From Candidatus Dormiibacterota bacterium (GTDB lineage Bacteria > Chloroflexota > Dormibacteria > CF-121), in assembly GCA_036390825.1 (NCBI GenBank), contig DASWBA010000186.1, positions 5,597 through 69,596 of the forward strand: 64,000 bases of DNA, written 5' to 3'. A program made the position numbers and the translations under genes. This document shows, in pieces, positions 47,390 to 54,868 of the stretch. Every line of letters begins with the position of its first letter. Position 1 is the stretch's first letter. Below the pieces are notes generated by a model. It saw nothing but the letters and a program-made list of their open reading frames with translations. It ran no database searches and was not told the origin of the DNA.

Positions 47390-48103
47390 TCATGCCTTGA
47401 TGCGGTACCCGACGCCCCTGACCGTTTGGATCAACTTGTGCTGCTCGTCGCCGAGCTTCTGGCGAAGGTACCGGATGTAGACCTCGACGTTGTTGGCGTC
47501 GCCAAAGAAGTTATAGCCCCACACCTGGTCGAGAATCCGGTCGCGGGCCAGCACCTGGTTGGGATGCATCATGAGGAGGCGGAGGAGGTCGAACTCGCGA
47601 GCCGAGAGTTCGATGCTGCGCTCGCCCCGGTGCACCTCGCGCGTCGTTTCATCCATCGAGAGGTCCTGCACCTGGAGTTGCGGGCCGGCGCTGGGATTTC
47701 GGCGGCGCATCACGGCCCGGATCCGCGCCAGCAGCTCGCCGAAATCGAACGGCTTGACCAGGTAGTCGTCGGCGCCAACCTCGAGGCCCTTGATCCGGTC
47801 GGCGACCTCGTCCCGGGCGGACAGGATGATGACGCCGGTGTCCTTGTTGCCGCGGATCGCCTCGGCGACTGCCAGGCCGTCAAGCTTGGGCATCATCACG
47901 TCCAGCACGACGACGTGTGGCTTGAACTCGCTGATCATGCGCAGCGCCGCCTGTCCGTCCGGTGCCGTCTGTACCTCGAAACCTTCGTACTGCAGCCCCA
48001 GGCGGATGAAGTCAACGATACTGCGCTCGTCGTCGACGACCAGCACCCGTGGGCTGCGGGAGGGCGTCGCCTCGGGGGCCGTCTCTGCCATGTCGAGTCT
48101 CAA
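47390..48103 (-). CDS. OmpR-family response regulator
   Basis: VLVVDDE, VVLDVMMPKLDG, winged-helix LRYLRQKL...TVRGVGY. Confidence 0.9.
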   Translation of the reverse strand: MRLDMAETAPEATPSRSPRVLVVDDERSIVDFIRLGLQYEGFEVQTAPDGQAALRMISEFKPHVVVLDVMMPKLDGLAVAEAIRGNKDTGVIILSARDEVADRIKGLEVGADDYLVKPFDFGELLARIRAVMRRRNPSAGPQLQVQDLSMDETTREVHRGERSIELSAREFDLLRLLMMHPNQVLARDRILDQVWGYNFFGDANNVEVYIRYLRQKLGDEQHKLIQTVRGVGYRIKA

Positions 48104-48198
48104 TATAACGGCGGTTTTCGCGAAATCCCATCTTCTTACACGCTTCTAAGCGGGCTTTAAGTAAGGCCGTTTGCGCCGTCCTTCAGTAAGCTTTCCCG

Positions 48199-49128
48199 GT
48201 GCAGCCGGCCGACGCGCCACAGCGTCCAACCGTGACTCGCCGGCGCTCGTGGCTCCTGCCATCGCTGGTCGGCGGCTACCTGGTGGTCGTGACCCTCTTC
48301 ATGGTTTTCGTTCTCCACCTGTCGGTTTCGCCCGAGCGCTTGCTGCTCCTGATGCTGATCGCGGCCTTGATCCTCGGGCGAGCCAGGTTGTTCCTGGCGG
48401 ATTGGATCCCCTTTCTCGTGCTCTTTCTTTCCTACGAGTACTTGCGGGGCCTGGGCGGCCAACTCGGGATGCCGATTCACGACGTGACCTCGCTCGAACG
48501 GCTGATCAGTTTCGGGCAGATCCCCAACCTGCTCTTGCAGCACGCCTTCTACCACCCGGGTCAGGTGAACTGGTATGACATCGCGGGCACGATGTTCTAT
48601 TTCCTGCACTTTGCGTTTCCGCTGGGACTCGGGTACCTCTTCTGGATCGTTGACCGGCCGAGTTTCTTACGGTTCTCGCGGGCGCTGATCGCGATGTCGT
48701 TCGCAGCCTTCGTCTTCTACCTGTTGCTGCCGGTCGCACCGCCCTGGAAGGCTGTGCCCGGGGTGGTCAAGATCATCGATCACACCTTGCCGAGCTTTAC
48801 GGACATTCCCGGGATACCGGTGCCGGCCACCATCTACCACTGGCTCACACCCAACCAGTACGCCGCCATGCCGTCGCTGCATGCCGCTTACCCGTTTCTC
48901 GGCGCGATCTTCGCCTTGCGCCTCTGGGGCCGCCGCGCGTGGCCGACGCTGGCCTACACCGCCTGCGTCTGGCTCAGCATCGTCTACCTGGGTGAGCACT
49001 ACATCGTCGACATCATCGGCGGCGTGATCTTCGCCCTCGCCGTCTTCTTCGGCGAAGACGCTTTCACCAGCTGGTGGCACTCCCGCGTTAGCAGAAAAGG
49101 GAGCCCGCAGCGCGAGCCGGCGCGCTAA
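48199..49128 (+). CDS. PAP2-superfamily membrane protein (inositolphosphotransferase / sphingomyelin-synthase-like)
   Basis: AAMPSLHAAYPFL and GEHYIVDIIGG (the SxH and HxxxD halves of the PAP2 motif). Six or more TM helices. Confidence 0.65.
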   Translation: MQPADAPQRPTVTRRRSWLLPSLVGGYLVVVTLFMVFVLHLSVSPERLLLLMLIAALILGRARLFLADWIPFLVLFLSYEYLRGLGGQLGMPIHDVTSLERLISFGQIPNLLLQHAFYHPGQVNWYDIAGTMFYFLHFAFPLGLGYLFWIVDRPSFLRFSRALIAMSFAAFVFYLLLPVAPPWKAVPGVVKIIDHTLPSFTDIPGIPVPATIYHWLTPNQYAAMPSLHAAYPFLGAIFALRLWGRRAWPTLAYTACVWLSIVYLGEHYIVDIIGGVIFALAVFFGEDAFTSWWHSRVSRKGSPQREPAR

Positions 49129-49143
49129 AGTCACTGTGTAACC
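49117..49143. repeat. 27-nt motif, copy 1 (ccggcgcgctaaagtcactgtgtaacc)
   Basis: 25 of 27 nt identical to 58480-58506. Spans the PAP2-gene stop codon. Confidence 0.6.
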
Positions 49144-49161
49144 GCGAACCCGAAGCGGGAG

Positions 49162-50487
49162 CTAGCTACGCCAGATCTTTTTCATGATGGCGCGGGCCAG
49201 CTTATCGGGGTCGTGGTGGGTGGAGATCCGGGGGTTGACGACGTCCACGAGCACCGCGTGGATGCTGCGCTGGTTGACGGTCGCTGCATCGTAAACCACT
49301 CGCTTGATGCCGGCGGTTTGCGCCGATGTTGGCAGCGGGAAGTTGTTATTGCTGTTGATCACGGCGAAATCGAAGATATTCGTGCCCAGGTGGCTCTCGA
49401 TCGCCTTCAGGTGGTCGCTCACGCGGAAGAAGTCGGTCTCACCCGGCTGGGTGGCGACGTTGCAGATGAAGACCTTGATCGCGGGGGACGCTTTGAGCGC
49501 CTCCGCCATGCCGTCGACGACCAGGTTGGGCAGGATGCTGGTGTAGAGGCTGCCCGGGCCGACCGTGATCATCTCGGCGTTGAGGATCGCCTCCTCGGCT
49601 TCCGGGTTGATGGTTGACTCGGGTTGCAAAAAGACCCGCTTGATGGCGGTCGCGGTCGCGACGCCGCCGTGGCCATCGCCATCACCGTTGCCGTTGGCGT
49701 GGGGGATGCTCGACTCACCGATTCGGGTCTCGCCGTCGGCCATCTCGGCGATCAGCGTGACGTCGCGTAGGGTCGAAGGCACGATCTGCCCGCGGACGGC
49801 GAGGACGCGCCCCGACTCCCGGATGGCGTGCTCGAAGTCACCGGTGATCTCGGCCATCGCCATGATGAAGAGGTTGCCGAAGGAGTGCCCGTTGAGGCTC
49901 CCCTCCTTGAAGCGGTGCTGAAAGAGCGTCGTCATCAGGGGCTCGACATCGGCCAGCGCGGTGATGCACTGCCGGAAGTCGCCGGGAGGAAGGATGCGGT
50001 ATTCCTTGCGCAGGCGTCCCGAGCTCCCGCCGTCGTCCGCCACCGTCACGATCGCCGTCAGGTTGCCGGTGTACTTCTTGAGCCCGCGCAGCAGGGTGGA
50101 GAGTCCGGTGCCACCGCCTAGAGCGACGACCCGCGGACCTTTTTGCAGGAAGCGGAAGTTGTAGATGATTTCGGAAAGGGCCCGGTCGCGGCCTGGCAGG
50201 AAGGGACCCAGGACCGACTGGGTCAGCTTGTAGAGCGCGTAAAGAATGATGCTCAGGCCCAGGGCGCCGAAGAGCGCCCCCCTGACGTATCGATTCAGGA
50301 ACTGCAGGGTCAGGTAGTAGAAAATGTGCGGGAGGGAAATGCCGGATCGGTAGACATTGGCCAGCGCGTAGCCAATCCCCAGGCTGACCAATACCATCCC
50401 GACCATCAGCAGGACGAGCCAACGCTTGACATGGAGGCCGGGGGTGAACCAGCGCACCACCCGGGGGTTCATACGTAAGGGGGCCAC
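49162..50487 (-). CDS. YvcK/CofD-family (gluconeogenesis factor) protein with N-terminal membrane segment
   Basis: VVALGGGTGLSTLLRGLKKYT, AIVTVADDGGSSGRLR, and about 100 aa of N-terminal TM helices. Confidence 0.85.
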   Translation of the reverse strand: MAPLRMNPRVVRWFTPGLHVKRWLVLLMVGMVLVSLGIGYALANVYRSGISLPHIFYYLTLQFLNRYVRGALFGALGLSIILYALYKLTQSVLGPFLPGRDRALSEIIYNFRFLQKGPRVVALGGGTGLSTLLRGLKKYTGNLTAIVTVADDGGSSGRLRKEYRILPPGDFRQCITALADVEPLMTTLFQHRFKEGSLNGHSFGNLFIMAMAEITGDFEHAIRESGRVLAVRGQIVPSTLRDVTLIAEMADGETRIGESSIPHANGNGDGDGHGGVATATAIKRVFLQPESTINPEAEEAILNAEMITVGPGSLYTSILPNLVVDGMAEALKASPAIKVFICNVATQPGETDFFRVSDHLKAIESHLGTNIFDFAVINSNNNFPLPTSAQTAGIKRVVYDAATVNQRSIHAVLVDVVNPRISTHHDPDKLARAIMKKIWRS

Positions 50488-50663
50488 CGGCGCCCCAAGC
50501 TTAGCACAGCATTTTTTGAACTCATTTCACGCCGATTTCGTTACGTCCATTGGATCCTATTCGGGCCCCCGGAGGCGGGCATATAATCGGCCCAGGGTCC
50601 TTGGGAGCGGCCTGGGCCCAGTTCACGCCGCCTCGCGTCAAGGCAAAAGGAGGTCGTCGGTCG

Positions 50664-51635
50664 ATGGCGATCAAGGCAGAAGGCGTTACCCGCGCATCCG
50701 AGGGGCGGCGGAAGGAGCAGGGGCAGTACTGGGTGTACCTCGATGGGGAGGTCAAACGCTACGCCGACGCCAAAGTCGGCTTGATGACCCACGCCTTGCA
50801 ATACGGAACCGGGGTCTTCGAAGGCATTCGTGGCTACTGGAGCCCCGAGCACGAGCAGCTTTTCGTGCTCAAGCTGCGGGAGCATTACCGCCGCATGCAG
50901 AACTCGGTCAAGGTGCTGAAGCTCAAGATCCCAATGAACCTGGACGAGCTCTGCGAAACCAGCATCGAGCTGATTCGGCGCAACAACTTCCGGCAGGACG
51001 TTTACATCCGACCCTTCGCCTTCAAGAGTTCCGAAGAGATCGGGGTGCGCCTGCACAACCTCAAGGACTCGTTCGCCATTTACGTGACGCCTTTTGGCAA
51101 CTACGTCGAGGTCGAAGGCGGCATCCGCTGCATGGTGTCGAGCTGGCGGCGCATCGACGACAACGTCGCACCCGCTCGGGCCAAGATCACCGGCATCTAT
51201 GTCAACTCGGCGCTCGCCAAGAGCGAGGCGATGGAGAACGGGTTCGACGAGGCGATCATGCTGACCCAGGACGGCCACGTCTGCGAGGGCAGCGCCGAGA
51301 ACATCTTCCTGATCCGCGACGGCAAGGTCTTGACGCCGCCGACCTATGACAACATCCTCGAAGGCCTGACCCGGCTGGCGATGATCGAGCTGCTGCGCAA
51401 GGAGCTCGACATGGAGGTCGTGGAACGCTCGATCGACCGCTCCGAGCTCTACATCGCCGATGAGATCCTCCTCTGCGGGACCGGCGCGCAGATCTCGCCC
51501 GTCATCGAGGTCGATCGGCGCCCGGTCGGCGATGGCCAGGTGGGGCCCGTGGTGAGGAAGCTCCAGAAGCTCTACTTCGACATCGTGCGAGGACACAGCG
51601 CCAAGTACCGGAACTGGTTGACACCGGTCTACTGA
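50664..51635 (+). CDS. ilvE: branched-chain amino acid aminotransferase
   Basis: HALQYGTGVFEGIRGY, KITGIYVNSALAK, EGSAENIF, GITR-like GLTRLAMIE. AAGGAGG precedes the ATG at 50664. Confidence 0.9.
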   Translation: MAIKAEGVTRASEGRRKEQGQYWVYLDGEVKRYADAKVGLMTHALQYGTGVFEGIRGYWSPEHEQLFVLKLREHYRRMQNSVKVLKLKIPMNLDELCETSIELIRRNNFRQDVYIRPFAFKSSEEIGVRLHNLKDSFAIYVTPFGNYVEVEGGIRCMVSSWRRIDDNVAPARAKITGIYVNSALAKSEAMENGFDEAIMLTQDGHVCEGSAENIFLIRDGKVLTPPTYDNILEGLTRLAMIELLRKELDMEVVERSIDRSELYIADEILLCGTGAQISPVIEVDRRPVGDGQVGPVVRKLQKLYFDIVRGHSAKYRNWLTPVY

Positions 51636-51666
51636 CGGCGGCCGTACCCCTGCTGGCGCCGCGCTG

Positions 51667-52806
51667 ATGCGGATCGTCATCGCGCCCAATGCCTTCAAGG
51701 GATCGCTGTCGGCGCTGGAGGCCGCGGCCGCCATTGGCGAAGGTGTCAAGATCGCCGCGCCGGATGCGGACCTGGTGGTAGTCCCGATCGCCGACGGCGG
51801 TGACGGCACCATCGACGCGCTGGTCGCGGCGACGCAGGGTGAGCGCCACACCCGCCGGGTTCGCGGGCCGCTGGGTGTTCCGGTCGACGCCGAGTACGGG
51901 CTGATCGACGGGGGTTCGACGGCGGTGATCGAAATGGCGAAGGCGGCCGGGCTGGCGCTGGTGCCAAAGGAACAGCGCGATCCACGGACCACGACCACCT
52001 ACGGCGTCGGCGAACTCTTACAAGACTCGTACCAGGGCGGTGCGCGGCGCTTCATCGTGGGCATCGGCGGCAGTGCGACCAACGATGGCGGCGCCGGCAT
52101 GGCGCAGGCGCTGGGCTATCACCTGCTCGACGACACGGGTCGCGAGCTGCCCCCGGGCGGACTCGCCCTGAAGCGTCTGGCGCGGATCGACGTGGGCGGC
52201 GTGCACGCCAGCTGGAAGCAGGCGGGGGTCGACGTCGCTTGCGACGTCACCAACCCGCTGACCGGGCCCCGTGGGGCGAGTGCCGTCTACGGCCCGCAGA
52301 AGGGTGCCACGGTGGAGATGGTCGCGGAACTGGACGCCGCGCTCCATCACTTCGCCGAGATCATCCGCCGCGACCTCGGGGTTGAGGTCGAGCAATTGCC
52401 AGGGGCTGGTGCGGCGGGCGGCCTGGGTGCCGGGCTCGTGGCCTTCTTAGGCGCCCGGCTGCGGCCTGGCGCCGAGATGGTGATGGAGGCGCTGCATCTG
52501 GATGAGCGGCTGACCGGGGCGCAACTCGTGATCACCGGTGAGGGCCGCATCGATTCGCAAACGGCTCGATTCGGGAAGGGGCCCGCCGTCGTCGCCCGGC
52601 ATGCGAAAAACGCCGGCATCCCGGTGGTCGCCATCGGTGGAAGCGTCGCCGACGAGACCGAGCTCCGGCTGCTATTCGACGGACTGGAGGCGACCGTGGT
52701 CGAGCCCGGAACGCTGGAAGAGACGGTCGCCCAGGCGCGGCCCCTGCTGGTGAGGGCGGCGACCCGACTGATGTGGCTGGTGCTGGCCGGCCGTCGCCTG
52801 CGGTGA
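51667..52806 (+). CDS. glxK: glycerate kinase
   Basis: MRIVIAPNAFKGSLSA, PIADGGDGT, GIGGSATNDGGAG, ITGEGRID. Confidence 0.9.
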   Translation: MRIVIAPNAFKGSLSALEAAAAIGEGVKIAAPDADLVVVPIADGGDGTIDALVAATQGERHTRRVRGPLGVPVDAEYGLIDGGSTAVIEMAKAAGLALVPKEQRDPRTTTTYGVGELLQDSYQGGARRFIVGIGGSATNDGGAGMAQALGYHLLDDTGRELPPGGLALKRLARIDVGGVHASWKQAGVDVACDVTNPLTGPRGASAVYGPQKGATVEMVAELDAALHHFAEIIRRDLGVEVEQLPGAGAAGGLGAGLVAFLGARLRPGAEMVMEALHLDERLTGAQLVITGEGRIDSQTARFGKGPAVVARHAKNAGIPVVAIGGSVADETELRLLFDGLEATVVEPGTLEETVAQARPLLVRAATRLMWLVLAGRRLR

Positions 52807-52835
52807 GCGTCCGCCCGACGCCCTAAGATCGGAGC

Positions 52836-53183
52836 ATGCCTCACCGCCACGAGGATGAGTACCTCCACCGTCACGCCTTCGATGCGGCACCCCATCGGCA
52901 CCGCCTCATCGAGGTGATCGAGCACGCGCATGGGGCCCATGGCGACGACCGCCACGACCACACGCACATCATCATGACCGCCCCGGCTGAGGCCGGCGGC
53001 AAGCCATCGCAGCACCGCCACCGCCTGGAGGCGCCGTTCGAGCACGACCATGCCACCGACGATCCTCGGCACCGTCATCAGCTCGGGGAGATCGAGCACG
53101 AAGAACGGGATCGCCACTGGCACGAGGTGGAGATCACCGAGATCGAGGTAACGGTCGAGCCGCCCAGACGCCGTCGGGCTTAG
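52836..53183 (+). CDS. histidine-rich acidic protein (21 His in 115 aa; reiterated HRH / HxH)
   Basis: High GC3 supports coding. GGAG lies just upstream of the ATG. Motifs HRHEDE, HRHAFD, HRHRL (twice), HAHGAHGDDRHDHTH, RHRHQL. Confidence 0.6.
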   Translation: MPHRHEDEYLHRHAFDAAPHRHRLIEVIEHAHGAHGDDRHDHTHIIMTAPAEAGGKPSQHRHRLEAPFEHDHATDDPRHRHQLGEIEHEERDRHWHEVEITEIEVTVEPPRRRRA

Positions 53184-54046
53184 TGTTTGCGGTAACCGCC
53201 CTGGACCCGCCCGTCCATGAAGGAAATCTTGGGATGGCGCACCCTCGACGTGAGGCGCCGCGTGACTACGCCGGTATTCAGCTGCACGATGACGTCGTTG
53301 CGCTGCAGGTGTGGCGGGTTGGGATAGCGTTCGGTGCAGGCGGGGCACGACTCGAGATGCTGCGCCACCATCTTTCGTTGCTCCCGCCGAAGCGTCCCGG
53401 GCGGGAAGTTATCGAGCAGGTAGGCGATCGTCGGGCAGCGTGTCTCCTCGGTCTGGGCCTTCCCCTCCATGAAGAGAAATTCTTCTTTGAATCTCCGGCG
53501 GGCCCGGTGCAGCAACGTTTCCACAGCACTTTCCGAGACCTTCATCTTGCGGGCGATGTTGGCGTAGCTGAGACCCTGGAGCTCCCGGAGCGTCAGCACC
53601 AGCCGGTATTTCTCGGGTAAGCGGCGCGCGACCGACCAGACGGCGTCACGCAGTTCGCTGATTTCAAGCGCGACCTCCGGACTCTTGCGGGCGTCGCCAT
53701 CCGGCACCTGAAGCACGGAGTCTTCGCTTTCTTCGTCGTCGATTTCCTGGGCTTCGGGGAACTTTTTGCGACGGCGGAGCTCGTCGTAACAGAGGTTGGT
53801 GGCGATCCGGTGGATCCAGGCCGAGAAATTGAAGCTGTCGTTGATGCGGTGGATGGTGCGAAGGATCTGGAAGAAGGTCTCCTGCGTCAGGTCCTCGGCG
53901 AGTTGCCGGTCGCGTAGCAGCCGAAAAGTTAGTCCGTAGATCGCCTTGTGGTACCGCCGGAACAGAGTGTCGAAGGCCGCCACGTCGCCGCCGAGGTAAT
54001 CGCGTATGAGATCGAGATCCGAGGGCCCTTTGGCAACTCGCGTCAC
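53180..54046 (-). CDS. ECF-type sigma-70 factor fused to a C-terminal zinc-binding anti-sigma (ZAS-like) segment
   Basis: Region 2 (DLTQETFFQI, FSAWIHRIATN) and region 4 (LTLRELQGLSYANIARKMKVSESAVETLLHRARRRF) in aa 1-190. The extension, aa 191-288, carries C204-x25-H230-x3-C234-x2-C237 and has no TM helix. Confidence 0.8.
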   Translation of the reverse strand: MTRVAKGPSDLDLIRDYLGGDVAAFDTLFRRYHKAIYGLTFRLLRDRQLAEDLTQETFFQILRTIHRINDSFNFSAWIHRIATNLCYDELRRRKKFPEAQEIDDEESEDSVLQVPDGDARKSPEVALEISELRDAVWSVARRLPEKYRLVLTLRELQGLSYANIARKMKVSESAVETLLHRARRRFKEEFLFMEGKAQTEETRCPTIAYLLDNFPPGTLRREQRKMVAQHLESCPACTERYPNPPHLQRNDVIVQLNTGVVTRRLTSRVRHPKISFMDGRVQGGYRKH

Positions 54047-54255
54047 TACTTGTCTCCCACCCCGGACTCGGCAAAATCGTTCGACGAGAGGTTTCTCCCG
54101 CCGAGTCGCTGGCGAATCATAGCACCCAGTCTTGCGCCAATTGCACGACTCAGCGACGCAATTTCCAACTTTGTCACAGGGCCGCGATCTTTTCGCAGGA
54201 GTTCCGCAATTGGCTCGTTATAATGCCGCTGACGTCACCTTCACGAGGGCCACAT

Positions 54256-54837
54256 ATGGGCAGTCCCCAGGCTGGAAAAGCCACCACCGTAACAGTCCGC
54301 TTCCTGGACGACGAGATCATGGAGGGCCGGGTCGGCGGGATCGACCTGGACCAACCGAACATCGAGCTCGAGATGCCCGACGAGGGGAGCAACAATGAGC
54401 GTGCCCTCATCCCCCTGCCGTCGATCAAGCGCATCACCCTGATTGCCGGTCAGCCGACGCCTGACGAACAAGCGCGTGCCGGTAAGAAGGTCGCCATCCG
54501 CTTTCAAGACGGGGAAGTGTTGCGGGGCTACCTCGACGGCGAGCTTCGGCACGCTAGCCACGGGGTGACTATGCGCTTGATGACCGTGGAGAAGGATCGA
54601 ATCGAAACCCTGGGGATTCCCTACACCGCCTTGAAGGCGCTCTTCTACCTGAAGACCTGGGACACCAGGCCGATGGAGTTCGACGGCACGAAGGATCGGC
54701 ACGTAAGCAAGCGGCTTTCCTCGCCTCTCGTGGACCTGATCTCCAACATGGGTCAGCTGGAAAAGCTCCGCAAGCGGGGCGCCATCACCGAGGGCGAATT
54801 CCAACGGAAGCGCCGCAAGATCCTCGATAACATCTAG
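54256..54837 (+). CDS. hypothetical protein with internally duplicated N-terminal domain and C-terminal SHOCT domain
   Basis: VTVRFLDDEIMEGRVGG and VAIRFQDGEVLRGYLDG head two similar modules. Tail LEKLRKRGAITEGEFQRKRRKIL is SHOCT-like. ATG at 54256 is preferred to 54223. Confidence 0.55.
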   Translation: MGSPQAGKATTVTVRFLDDEIMEGRVGGIDLDQPNIELEMPDEGSNNERALIPLPSIKRITLIAGQPTPDEQARAGKKVAIRFQDGEVLRGYLDGELRHASHGVTMRLMTVEKDRIETLGIPYTALKALFYLKTWDTRPMEFDGTKDRHVSKRLSSPLVDLISNMGQLEKLRKRGAITEGEFQRKRRKILDNI

Positions 54838-54868
54838 ATCCCGGCTCGTTGCCCTGGCGCTGCTGCCC

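Noticed and set aside
50589-50618. 8-bp hairpin (ggcccagg...cctgggcc) in the ilvE leader, considered as an attenuator, T-box or riboswitch
   Set aside because: No U-tract, no leader peptide rich in branched-chain codons, and no T-box or known riboswitch core sequences. Evidence is insufficient.
50541-51998. 485-aa minus-strand ORF
   Set aside because: Antisense shadow of ilvE and the glycerate kinase 5' end.
52347-53348. 333-aa minus-strand ORF overlapping the glycerate kinase 3' end, the His-rich ORF and the sigma 3' end
   Set aside because: It crosses three better-supported genes. Its composition is Arg/Ala/Pro/Ser-rich with no motifs.
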